A DNA stretch of 64,000 nucleotides from Methyloversatilis sp. GTDB lineage: Bacteria; Pseudomonadota; Gammaproteobacteria; Burkholderiales; Rhodocyclaceae. The notes beneath the pieces were generated by a model. It did not search any database. It was not told the origin of the DNA and saw only the letters and a list, made by a program, of their open reading frames with translations. Below, one piece after another: positions 26,576 to 34,752 of this stretch (position 1 is its first letter; each line of letters begins with the position of its first letter). A program made the position numbers and the translations under genes. Location of the stretch: positions 9,942-73,941 of the forward strand of contig JAGNYW010000012.1 of the NCBI GenBank assembly GCA_017984755.1, given 5' to 3'.

Positions 26576-27013
26576 ATGGCTGAACAATTTCGACTGCAAT
26601 CGATACTCGACCTGAGCCAGACCCGCATGGACGACGCTGCTCGCACGCTGGCGACCCTGATCGCCGGGGAAAACGATCAGGCCGGCAAGCTCGCGATGCT
26701 GGAAGACTATCGGCGGGAATATCAGGACCAGTTCATGGCAGCCGCACGCAGCGGGCTTACGCCGGGGCAATGGTCCAACTACCGTGCATTCCTCGCGCGC
26801 ATCGACGACGCGATCAGTCACCAGCAGCAGCAGGTGATGCAGTCGCGTCAGCGCGCACAGGTCGGTCAGCGCGACTGGCTGGACACCCGCACTCGCGTGA
26901 AGGCGTTCGAAGCCTTGTCCGATCGACATCAGGCGACTGTAGTGAAACGCGAAGCTCGTTCCGAACAACGCGTGGCTGACGACCGTTCAGGTCGTCTCGT
27001 TCAGGAAGACTGA
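26576..27013 (+). CDS. fliJ: flagellar export chaperone/stalk protein
   Basis: 145 aa coiled coil. FRLQSILDLSQTRMDDAARTLATL...LEDYRREY is typical of FliJ, and it follows fliI. Confidence 0.8.
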   Translation: MAEQFRLQSILDLSQTRMDDAARTLATLIAGENDQAGKLAMLEDYRREYQDQFMAAARSGLTPGQWSNYRAFLARIDDAISHQQQQVMQSRQRAQVGQRDWLDTRTRVKAFEALSDRHQATVVKREARSEQRVADDRSGRLVQED

Positions 27014-27179
27014 GCGCACGCCGCCCGGTACCCGATCCGTCCTGCCGCGCCGTCACCGGCAGCGCGCCCGCAATATCCTCACCCGATCGAACCTCAGCTG
27101 CGACTCCCGACTCGCACGATGAATCCGCTTCGCATTCCCCTGCCGGCAATCCGCGGGGGATGAATGGACGAAACGCCGC

Positions 27180-27195
27180 TGGCACGACTGGTGCT
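27180..27195 (+). promoter_or_regulatory. candidate sigma-54 promoter of fliK
   Basis: TGGCACG-ACTG-GTGCT has a perfect -24 element and TGC at -12. It ends 30 nt before the fliK ATG. Confidence 0.6.
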
Positions 27196-27224
27196 TATAC
27201 ACCTCCATCACTGGAGGAATCACC

Positions 27225-28250
27225 ATGCCGGACATCACGCTCAACCTGCCGTCGTCAGCCACTCCGCTGGCTTCCGGAAGCCCCGTCGGCGAAATCCGCA
27301 GCATCGGTGCCGAAGCATCGACCGAAGACGCAGCCACAGCGTTTGCCGCGCTGCTTCAGAACACCATCAAGGAACTGCCGGAAAATCCGCAGGCTGCCCT
27401 GCTGGCCACTCTGATGGCGGAGGAGACGGCCCTTGCCGAGCCGGAAACCGAGCCTGAGGCGCTTGTCGCCGACCCGGCGCAGCTCGCCGGTGATCTGCTC
27501 GCAAGCAGCCTGATGCTGCCACTCGCGCTGCGGATCGCGCCCCCTCCCGACGACAGACCGCTGCAGGTCGAAGGTGACGATGCAGCACCAGAGCTGAATG
27601 GGCTCGGCGACGCAACGGGCCGGCAGCGCGAAAGCGGCAACGCCGGCGAATCGGACCTGCCGGCGGCAGCGATTGCCGCACAGGCCGTTACGGCGGAGGA
27701 GCGCGAAGGGAAAAATCTGCCGGAGTCGTCCCTCATCGCCGAGACCCGGACCGAGCCCCCCGGCCCGCAGGCAGCGCAGATGCAGCACGCCGACTTCCGC
27801 ACGCATCTCACGGCCGCACAGCGACCGGCCACCGAAATGACGGTCGCCACGCCGATCAGCAATCCGGGCTGGGCTGATGACGTCGGACACCAGATCTCCT
27901 GGCTGGCCGGACAGGGCACCAGCAACGCCGAACTCGTGCTGACGCCACCGCACCTCGGGCGCATCGAAATTTCGATCCAGATCGGCGCCGACCTGAGTAC
28001 CGCGCAGTTCGTATCCGCCAGCCCTCAGGTACGCGAGGCACTTGAACAGGCGATGCCGCGGCTGCGCGAAATGCTGGCGGAAAGCGGTATTTCTCTCGGC
28101 CAGGCCAATGTGAGCAGCGATCAGCCGTCCGGGGAACGCGGTCAGGGTAGCGAGCGCCACGGTCGCGGCCGCGATGCGTCAGGCGAAACGGACGGGGTCA
28201 TCCTTCCTCCGGTCAGGCGCGGCATGGGCCTGGTTGACCTGTTCGCGTGA
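27225..28250 (+). CDS. fliK: flagellar hook-length control protein
   Basis: Pro/Ala/Glu-rich middle region. The C-terminal domain is AELVLTPPHLGRIEISIQIGADLSTAQFVSASPQVREALEQAMPRLREMLAESGISLGQANVS. GGAGG lies upstream. Confidence 0.8.
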   Translation: MPDITLNLPSSATPLASGSPVGEIRSIGAEASTEDAATAFAALLQNTIKELPENPQAALLATLMAEETALAEPETEPEALVADPAQLAGDLLASSLMLPLALRIAPPPDDRPLQVEGDDAAPELNGLGDATGRQRESGNAGESDLPAAAIAAQAVTAEEREGKNLPESSLIAETRTEPPGPQAAQMQHADFRTHLTAAQRPATEMTVATPISNPGWADDVGHQISWLAGQGTSNAELVLTPPHLGRIEISIQIGADLSTAQFVSASPQVREALEQAMPRLREMLAESGISLGQANVSSDQPSGERGQGSERHGRGRDASGETDGVILPPVRRGMGLVDLFA

Positions 28251-28292
28251 GCCCACTTTTGCGGGTTTCAGGCCCTGAATCCGCATCAGCGC

Positions 28293-28319
28293 TAAAAAAC
28301 CGGGACATTAGGCCGTTAT
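28293..28319 (+). promoter_or_regulatory. candidate sigma-28 promoter of fliLMN
   Basis: TAAAAAAC-N11-GCCGTTAT. The -10 matches 6 of 8 positions of GCCGATAA, the spacing is exact, and it lies 60 nt upstream of the fliL ATG. Confidence 0.5.
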
Positions 28320-28378
28320 TCGGACATTGAAAGGCATCAGTACCCGCCGACAATCCTACCCATACCGGAGCGAACATC

Positions 28379-28987
28379 ATGTCCAAGGCAGCAACCGCAG
28401 ACGACGCAGGCGCAGAAGCACCGAAGAAGAGCAAGAAGATGCTCATCATCATCATCGCCGTACTGGTGCTGGTGATCGTCGGTGGTGCCGCTGCGTTCTT
28501 CATGATGGGCAGCGCCCACCCGGAAGAAGGCGATGAGGAGCACGCCGAAGAATCGATGTCCGAAGAGGAACTCGACGCCAAGGACAAGGCCGCCAAGAAA
28601 GCCAAGCTGAAGAAGAAGAAGGAAGCGGAAGCCAAGGGGCTGCCACCGGTTTTTGTCGAACTCGAGCCGTTCACGGTCAATCTCCAGGCTGAATCGGCCG
28701 CGGACCAATACCTGCAGATCAAGGCATCGCTGAAGATGGAAGATCAAGCCGCTGCAGACAGCCTCAAGGCCTACATGCCGGAAATACGCCACCACGCGCT
28801 GATGCTGCTGTCGGGCAAGAAAGCCTCCGAACTGTCCAACACCGAGGGTCGCGAAGCGCTCGCGCTGGAATTCAAGAACTCGGTCAACACGATCGTCGGC
28901 GAGGTACCGACCAACCGCAAGGGCGAGCCTGAAGAACCGATCGGTCCGGTTGAAGCCGTGCTCTTCACGTCCTTCATCGTCCAGTAG
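28379..28987 (+). CDS. fliL: flagellar basal-body-associated protein
   Basis: Single TM helix (MLIIIIAVLVLVIVGGAAAFFMM), then FVELEPFTVNLQAE...YLQIKASLKMED...YMPEIRHHALMLLSGK, typical of FliL. A Lys/Glu-rich insert lies between the two. Confidence 0.85.
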   Translation: MSKAATADDAGAEAPKKSKKMLIIIIAVLVLVIVGGAAAFFMMGSAHPEEGDEEHAEESMSEEELDAKDKAAKKAKLKKKKEAEAKGLPPVFVELEPFTVNLQAESAADQYLQIKASLKMEDQAAADSLKAYMPEIRHHALMLLSGKKASELSNTEGREALALEFKNSVNTIVGEVPTNRKGEPEEPIGPVEAVLFTSFIVQ

Positions 28988-28994
28988 GAAAACA

Positions 28995-30020
28995 ATGTCG
29001 GATTTTCTTTCCCAGGAAGAGGTTGACGCCCTGCTCAAGGGCGTGACCGGCGAGGCCGACGAAGCGGTCGAAGCCGAAGATACGAGCGGCGTTCGCCCGT
29101 ACAACCTCGGCACGCAGGAAAGAATCGTGCGTGGGCGCATGCCCACGCTGGAACTGATACACGAACGTTTTGCACGCTATCTGCGCATCGGGCTGTTCAA
29201 CTTCATGCAGCGCAGCGCCGAAATCTCGCTCGGCCCGATCCGCCTGCAGAAGTATTCGGAATTCATCCGCAACCTGGTGGTACCGACCAATCTCAACCTG
29301 GTCCAGGTGAAACCCCTGCGCGGCACCGGACTCGTGGTGTTCGACCCGAATCTGGTCTTCCTCGTCATCGACAACATGTTCGGTGGGGACGGACGCTTTC
29401 ACACACGGGTCGAAGGACGTGACTTCACGCCGACGGAACAACGCATCATCCATGGCCTGCTTGACGTGTTCTTCGAAGAATACGAACGCTCGTGGGAACC
29501 GGTGTTCAAGATCAACTTCGAGTACATGCGCTCGGAAATGAATTCGCAGTTCGCGAACATCGCGACCCCGTCCGAAATCGTCGTTGCTGCGACCTTCACG
29601 GTCGAGCTCGGCGGCGTATCGGCCGAAATGCACATCTGCCTGCCCTACTCCATGGTCGAACCGCTGCGCGACACGCTGAATTCGTCGATGCAGAGCGACA
29701 GCGTGAGCTCCGACAACCGCTGGATCAACCTGCTGACCCGTCAGGTACAGGACGCCGCCGTCGAACTGAACGTGACGCTGGGCGACGGCTCGCTCACCCT
29801 GGGCGGCCTGAACAACCTAAAGGTCGGCGACATCATTCCGATAACGATTTCAGAGACAGTGCAGGCCGAAGTAGACGGCATCCCGGTGCTCGAATGCAAA
29901 TACGGCATACAGGGCGGCCGCTACGCGCTGAAGATCGAGCGCTTCATGGCCGGCGAGGAAGAACTGATTGAACACGCCCTGAATGTTCAGGGCAGAAAAA
30001 AAGGTGAGGAACCATCATGA
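28995..30020 (+). CDS. fliM: flagellar motor switch protein
   Basis: MSDFLSQEEVDALLKG (the CheY-P-binding LSQxEIDALL motif) plus the canonical middle and C-terminal SpoA domains. Confidence 0.95.
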   Translation: MSDFLSQEEVDALLKGVTGEADEAVEAEDTSGVRPYNLGTQERIVRGRMPTLELIHERFARYLRIGLFNFMQRSAEISLGPIRLQKYSEFIRNLVVPTNLNLVQVKPLRGTGLVVFDPNLVFLVIDNMFGGDGRFHTRVEGRDFTPTEQRIIHGLLDVFFEEYERSWEPVFKINFEYMRSEMNSQFANIATPSEIVVAATFTVELGGVSAEMHICLPYSMVEPLRDTLNSSMQSDSVSSDNRWINLLTRQVQDAAVELNVTLGDGSLTLGGLNNLKVGDIIPITISETVQAEVDGIPVLECKYGIQGGRYALKIERFMAGEEELIEHALNVQGRKKGEEPS

Positions 30021-30463
30021 GCGATCTGGCCGAGGCGGAACAGCAGGTCAGCGAGGACGACTGGGCGGCAGCGATGTCCGAACAGACGACCGCCGACGAG
30101 GCGCTCGCTGCGCTCGACGAGAGCGCAGTTGTCGCCAAGGAAGTGCAGCCGGCGAACATCTTCCAGCAGTTCGGTGATGCAGCGAACAAGTCGGAAGGCC
30201 TTCGCGACTTCGAAATGATCCTCGACATCCCGGTGCAGCTGACCGTGGAACTCGGACGCACCAAGATTTCGATCCGCAACCTGCTGCAGCTCGGTCACGG
30301 CTCGGTCGTGGAACTCGACGGCATGGCTGGCGAGCCGATGGACGTACTGGTCAACGGCACGCTGATCGCCCAGGGTGAAGTGGTGGTGGTGAACGAGAAG
30401 TTCGGCATCCGCCTCACCGACATCATCACACCGGCCGAGCGCATGAAGAAACTCAAACGCTGA
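30017..30463 (+). CDS. fliN: flagellar motor switch protein
   Basis: The C-terminus ILDIPVQLTVELGRTKISIRNLLQLGHGSVVELDGMAGEPMDVLVNGTLIAQGEVVVVNEKFGIRLTDI is a SpoA domain. There is an ATGA overlap with fliM. Confidence 0.95.
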   Translation: MSDLAEAEQQVSEDDWAAAMSEQTTADEALAALDESAVVAKEVQPANIFQQFGDAANKSEGLRDFEMILDIPVQLTVELGRTKISIRNLLQLGHGSVVELDGMAGEPMDVLVNGTLIAQGEVVVVNEKFGIRLTDIITPAERMKKLKR

Positions 30464-30511
30464 CCGGTACTGCAGCCCGGACACCACCGTGGCTGCGTCA
30501 TCGGGGACAGG

Positions 30512-30546
30512 GGGGCGACGCCACGGCATCGCCCCTTCTTCGTTTA
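30512..30546 (+). terminator. candidate terminator after fliN
   Basis: GGGGCGA-(10 nt loop)-TCGCCCC followed by TTCTTCGTTT. Confidence 0.35.
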
Positions 30547-30650
30547 CCGCCCGCAACCGACGTGCGCGTGACGACGCCGCGGTCGTGTGTTCATGCCGGG
30601 CTCCCGGGGTGTTATGTTTCGTTTCTCCCCACCCCGTTCACGGAGCCGCC

Positions 30651-30842
30651 ATGCGCCTGCTGCTCGCGATCTTTCTGCCCTTCACGGTGTTCTTCACCAT
30701 CGGTCGCCCGATCGCCGGCGTGATCTGCCTCATCCTGCAACTGACGCTGATCGGCTGGATTCCGGCAGCGCTTTGGGCGGTGTACGCACTGAGCCAGTAC
30801 AAGACGGAAAAGAAGATAGAAGAAGCGCTCGGGCGTCGTTGA
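30651..30842 (+). CDS. small two-TM membrane protein, YqaE/Pmp3-like proteolipid
   Basis: 63 aa. LLAIFLPFTVFFTIGRPIAGVICLILQLTLIGWIPAALWAVYAL follows the Pmp3/UPF0057 pattern (LP..., G.IP...A.Y). GGAG lies 7 nt upstream of the ATG. Confidence 0.55.
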   Translation: MRLLLAIFLPFTVFFTIGRPIAGVICLILQLTLIGWIPAALWAVYALSQYKTEKKIEEALGRR

Positions 30843-31035
30843 ACGGATGCAGGACAGTGCGCGCCGTAATCTTCCTGCCTGAATGAAGTCATCCGCCCCG
30901 ATGTGGATCACAGGAGCCCGCCATCGGTTTCCGTGAGCGTTTCCCGCGTCGTTGTGCCGAGCGGCAGAAATTGCCGCCCTAAAACCGATCTATTCCCGCG
31001 CTGAACCGATGCCTTCCGGCGCTAGCCTGTAGCGC

Positions 31036-31455
31036 ATGAACCGATGGCTTACTTTTCTGCTTCTGGCCCCCTGCGGCGCCCTGCGCGCAGCAGAAACCGC
31101 AGCCGCTGCATCGCCGCCCGGCGGAACGGCTGCCGTGGTGCAGATGCTTGGCGCACTCGGCCTCGTGCTGGCCGCGCTGTTCGGCGCCCTGTGGCTGCTG
31201 CGCAGGCTGTCCGGCGGGCGTCTGGCCAGCGGGTCACCCTTCAGGACGGTGGGTGGCATAGCCGTCGGCTCCCGCGAGCGCGTCGTGCTGCTGGAAATCG
31301 GCGAGCACTGGCTGGTGGTCGGTGTGGCGCCGGGTTCAGTCACCGGCATCGCCACGCTGCCGCGCGGCGAAATCAGCAGCACCGACACAGACCGACAGGC
31401 GGCCCCGGACTTCGGCGCCATGCTGGCGCGGTTGAAGGCAGGCAGGAAGTCATGA
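31036..31455 (+). CDS. fliO: flagellar biosynthesis protein
   Basis: Single TM helix (LGALGLVLAALFGALWLLRRL), then GSRERVVLLEIGEHWLVVGVAPGSV, typical of FliO. The stop overlaps the fliP ATG. Confidence 0.75.
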   Translation: MNRWLTFLLLAPCGALRAAETAAAASPPGGTAAVVQMLGALGLVLAALFGALWLLRRLSGGRLASGSPFRTVGGIAVGSRERVVLLEIGEHWLVVGVAPGSVTGIATLPRGEISSTDTDRQAAPDFGAMLARLKAGRKS

Positions 31456-32204
31456 AGTACAGGGTGCCGATGATTTTCGGGCTGGCCGGACTGATGGCCT
31501 TGTCCGCACCGGATGCCGGTGCCCAGGCGCTGCCGGCTCTGACGAGTACGCCGGCAGCCGGTGGCGGCACAAACTGGTCACTGTCGATCCAGACGCTGCT
31601 GTTCCTGACCAGCCTCTCGTTTCTGCCGGCGATCATCCTGATGATGACCAGCTTCACGCGCATCATCATCGTGCTGTCGTTGCTGCGGCAGGCACTGGGC
31701 ACGCAGAGCAGCCCGCCGAATCAGGTGCTGATCGGGCTTTCGCTGTTTCTGACCTTTTTCATCATGGCGCCGGTCGGCGAGAAGATCTACGCCGACGCCT
31801 ACATCCCGTTGTCGGAAAACCGCATCGGTTTCGAACAGGCGCTGGACATCGGTGCCAAGCCACTGAAGACCTTCATGCTGACGCAGGTGCGCGAACCCGA
31901 CATCGAGCTTTTCATGCGACTGTCGAAAACGACCAAGGTCGCCAGTTCGGAGGAACTGCCGATGCGGGTGGTCGTGCCCGCCTACGTCACGTCGGAGCTG
32001 AAAACGGCGTTCCAGATCGGTTTCATTGTCTTCATCCCGTTCATCATCATCGACATGGTGGTGGCATCGGTGCTCATGTCCATGGGCATGATGATGATGT
32101 CGCCGGTCATCGTGTCGCTGCCTTTCAAGCTCATGCTGTTCGTGCTGGTGGACGGGTGGAACCTCATCCTCGGCACGCTGGTATCCAGTTTCGGCTCGTC
32201 GTGA
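31452..32204 (+). CDS. fliP: flagellar type III export apparatus protein
   Basis: SIQTLLFLTSLSFLPAIILMMTSFTRIIIVLSLLRQALGTQSSPPNQVLIGLSLFLTFFIMAPV is canonical FliP. Confidence 0.95.
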   Translation: MKYRVPMIFGLAGLMALSAPDAGAQALPALTSTPAAGGGTNWSLSIQTLLFLTSLSFLPAIILMMTSFTRIIIVLSLLRQALGTQSSPPNQVLIGLSLFLTFFIMAPVGEKIYADAYIPLSENRIGFEQALDIGAKPLKTFMLTQVREPDIELFMRLSKTTKVASSEELPMRVVVPAYVTSELKTAFQIGFIVFIPFIIIDMVVASVLMSMGMMMMSPVIVSLPFKLMLFVLVDGWNLILGTLVSSFGSS

Positions 32205-32217
32205 AGGATTTTCTGCA

Positions 32218-32487
32218 ATGACCCCCACCACCGTCGTAGACATCGGCCGCCACGCAGTGGAGACACTGTTGCTGGTATCCGCCCCGCTGCTGGCAGCGGC
32301 ACTGATCACGGGCCTCATCATCAGCATCTTCCAGGCGGCAACGCAGGTGAATGAAATGACCTTGTCCTTCATTCCGAAGCTGATTGCGGTATTCGCGGTT
32401 CTGGTCATCGGCGGACCGTGGATGATCGCCACGATGACCGACTACATGCGCAGGCTGTACTCGTCCATTCCGTCGCTGCTGGGATAG
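32218..32487 (+). CDS. fliQ: flagellar type III export apparatus protein
   Basis: 89 aa. LLVSAPLLAAALITGLIISIFQAATQVNEMTLSFIPKLIAVF is canonical FliQ. Confidence 0.95.
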   Translation: MTPTTVVDIGRHAVETLLLVSAPLLAAALITGLIISIFQAATQVNEMTLSFIPKLIAVFAVLVIGGPWMIATMTDYMRRLYSSIPSLLG

Positions 32488-32550
32488 CCCGTGACCGCGT
32501 CCCGACCTCGCGAGGCACGCGCACGGCGAAATGCGGGCCTGCGCTGAACC

Positions 32551-33324
32551 ATGATTTCACTGAGTGCCGAACAGCTAGACCTGTGGATGGCAGGCTTCCT
32601 GTTTCCGCTCGTCCGCATCCTCGGCATGTTCGCTGCGGCACCGGTGCTCAGCAACCGCGCCTTTCCGGCACGCATCCGCCTCGGTCTGGGTGCCATGATG
32701 ACCTTCGCACTGTTGCCGACGCTGCCGCCGTCCGGATTGGTGGTCGGCTCATGGCCGGGGATGATGGCGCTGCTGCAGCAGATGCTCATCGGCATCGCGC
32801 TCGGCTTCACGGTGCGCATCATCTTCGCCGCGGTCGATCTGGCAGGCGAGTTGATCGGCCTGCAGATGGGCCTTGGTTTTGCGATGTTCTACGATCCCGA
32901 CAATTCCGCCCAGTCACCTGTCATCTCGGAATTTCTCGGCCTGCTGGCGACGCTGATCTTTCTGTCCATCAATGGCCATCTCATGCTGCTCGCTGTATTG
33001 GGCAACAGTTTCGAATGGTGGCCGGTCGGTGCCGAGCTGTTTCCCGCCAATGGCTGGCTGGCCATCGCGCGCTGGGGCAGTACGCTGTTTTCAGCGGGAC
33101 TGATGCTCGCACTGCCACTGATCGCCGCGCTGCTGGTCGTGAACATCGCACTGGCAGTACTCACGCGCGCGGCACCGGCGCTCAACCTGTTCGCCATCGG
33201 TTTCCCGGTAACGCTGATCGCTGGCTTCACAATGCTGCTGCTGTCGCTGTCCTTCTTCGCGCCAGCGCTGCAGAGACTGTTCGAATACGGACTTCAGACC
33301 GTAGCGCAGCTCGCAATGGGGTGA
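32551..33324 (+). CDS. fliR: flagellar type III export apparatus protein
   Basis: 257 aa polytopic protein. FLFPLVRILGMFAAAPVLS...GLQMGLGFAMFYDP is typical of FliR. Confidence 0.9.
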   Translation: MISLSAEQLDLWMAGFLFPLVRILGMFAAAPVLSNRAFPARIRLGLGAMMTFALLPTLPPSGLVVGSWPGMMALLQQMLIGIALGFTVRIIFAAVDLAGELIGLQMGLGFAMFYDPDNSAQSPVISEFLGLLATLIFLSINGHLMLLAVLGNSFEWWPVGAELFPANGWLAIARWGSTLFSAGLMLALPLIAALLVVNIALAVLTRAAPALNLFAIGFPVTLIAGFTMLLLSLSFFAPALQRLFEYGLQTVAQLAMG

Positions 33325-33328
33325 GGCA

Positions 33329-33672
33329 GGGGTTTCGCAGCGCATTGCGCTGCGCCTGCTGAACGGGCTGGCTGTGCCAAGCCAGCCTCCGTACCACAGG
33401 GGTTTCGCAGCGCATTGCGCTGCGCCTGCTGAACGGGCTGGCTGTGCCAAGCCAGCCTCCGTACCACAGGGGTTTCGCAGCGCATTGCGCTGCGCCTGCC
33501 GAACGGGCTGGCTGTGCCAAGCCAGCCTCCGTACCACCGGGGTTTCGCAGCGCATTGCGCTGCGCCTGCCGAACGGGCTGGCTGTGCCAAGCCAGCCGCC
33601 GTACCACCGGGGTTTCGCAGCGCTTTGCGCTGCACCTGCTGAACAGGCTGGCTTTGCAAAGCCAGCCGTGGG
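33329..33672. repeat. tandem array of about 4.9 copies of a 70-bp double-hairpin unit
   Basis: Unit starts are at 33329, 33399, 33469, 33539 and 33609, an exact 70-bp period. Each unit has CGCAGCGC-ATT-GCGCTGCG and GGCTGGCT-GTGCCA-AGCCAGCC hairpins. The last unit is diverged but keeps both stems. Confidence 0.9.
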
Positions 33673-33791
33673 CAGAAGATCGGCGTCATCGCCCGAGGGC
33701 CAGGCCGTTCTGGACGAGAGCAGAGAGCGTCACCCTGCAGCCACACTCGGCGCATCCCGCGTTTCGATCCGACAGGCGTTCCAACCGACTG

Positions 33792-34748
33792 TTACAGCAG
33801 CACGTCACGCGACACGCCGGCACGACGCAGTATCTTGCGCAGCTGGGCGAGCGCCTCGAGCTGAATCTGGCGCACCCGCTCGCGCGTCAGATCGAGCTGG
33901 TCAGCCAGCTCTTCCAGCGTTGAAATTTCGCGGTTGTTGATGCCGTAACGGCACTCGATCACCGTACGCTGCTTGTCGTTGAGCTGACCAATCCATATCT
34001 GCACCAGACCGCCGATCTCGGCGTTCTGGATCTCTTCCTCCGGGCCGATCTGGTTGTCGTCGGCCAGGGACTCGCCGATCGACAGCGACGGATCGATATC
34101 GAGCGGCGCATCGAGCGACGCCGTGTGTTCATTCAACGACAGAATATGGCGGACATCCTCGACCGGCTTGGCAAGCAGCTGTGCAATGTCCTCCGCACAG
34201 CATTCGCCGCCGCTGCGCGATTCGAGATTGCGCATGGCGCGCAGCACCTGATTCAGTTCCTTCACCACATGAACCGGCAGGCGGATGGTGCGCGACTGGT
34301 TCATGATCGCGCGCTCGATGTTCTGGCGGATCCACCAGGTCGCATAGGTCGAAAAACGGAAACCGCGCTCGGGATCGTATTTTTCAAGCGCGTGGATCAG
34401 TCCGAGATTGCCCTCCTCGACCAGGTCGAGCAGCGGCATGCCACGATTCAGGTAGTGCTTGGCGATATTCACGACCAGTCGCAGGTTGCGTTCGATCATG
34501 ATCTGCCGCGCTTCGAAATCACCGGTACGCACGCGCCGGGCCATCGCCAGCTCTTCTTCCGGCGTGAGCAGCGGGTTGGCGCCGATTTCGTTCAGATAGA
34601 GCTGGGTTGCATCACCCAGAAACTCCGCTTCAGGCGCTTCTGCGACCTCGATGGGTGCCGAGTCTGTCGCTTCGATGTCGGACGCGTCCACGTCGTCTTC
34701 TACGGACTCGACCGGTTCGGCATCTTCGGAGTGCGACAAATCGGACAT
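33792..34748 (-). CDS. rpoS: stationary-phase sigma factor
   Basis: Sigma-70 regions 1.2 to 4 are present (DATQLYLNEIG, RFSTYATWWIRQ, TLEELADQLDLTRERVRQIQ). It is 318 aa, immediately downstream of nlpD in the surE-pcm-nlpD-rpoS context. Confidence 0.9.
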   Translation of the reverse strand: MSDLSHSEDAEPVESVEDDVDASDIEATDSAPIEVAEAPEAEFLGDATQLYLNEIGANPLLTPEEELAMARRVRTGDFEARQIMIERNLRLVVNIAKHYLNRGMPLLDLVEEGNLGLIHALEKYDPERGFRFSTYATWWIRQNIERAIMNQSRTIRLPVHVVKELNQVLRAMRNLESRSGGECCAEDIAQLLAKPVEDVRHILSLNEHTASLDAPLDIDPSLSIGESLADDNQIGPEEEIQNAEIGGLVQIWIGQLNDKQRTVIECRYGINNREISTLEELADQLDLTRERVRQIQLEALAQLRKILRRAGVSRDVLL

Positions 34749-34752
34749 GGCT

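Noticed and set aside
30620-30640. CCCGTTCA element before the Pmp3-like ORF as a sigma-28 -10
   Set aside because: No TAAA lies at the required distance. The element sits only 10 nt from the ATG, so a transcript would lack the ribosome-binding site.
33329-33672. CRISPR array interpretation of the repeats
   Set aside because: The units are directly abutting with no unique spacers between them, the period is 70 bp, and no cas genes are present in the window.
33091-33940. Several 125-190-aa ORFs on both strands running through the 70-bp repeat array
   Set aside because: The 70-bp period is not divisible by 3, so the reading frame rotates between units. The ORFs exist only because the GC-rich palindromes lack stop codons.
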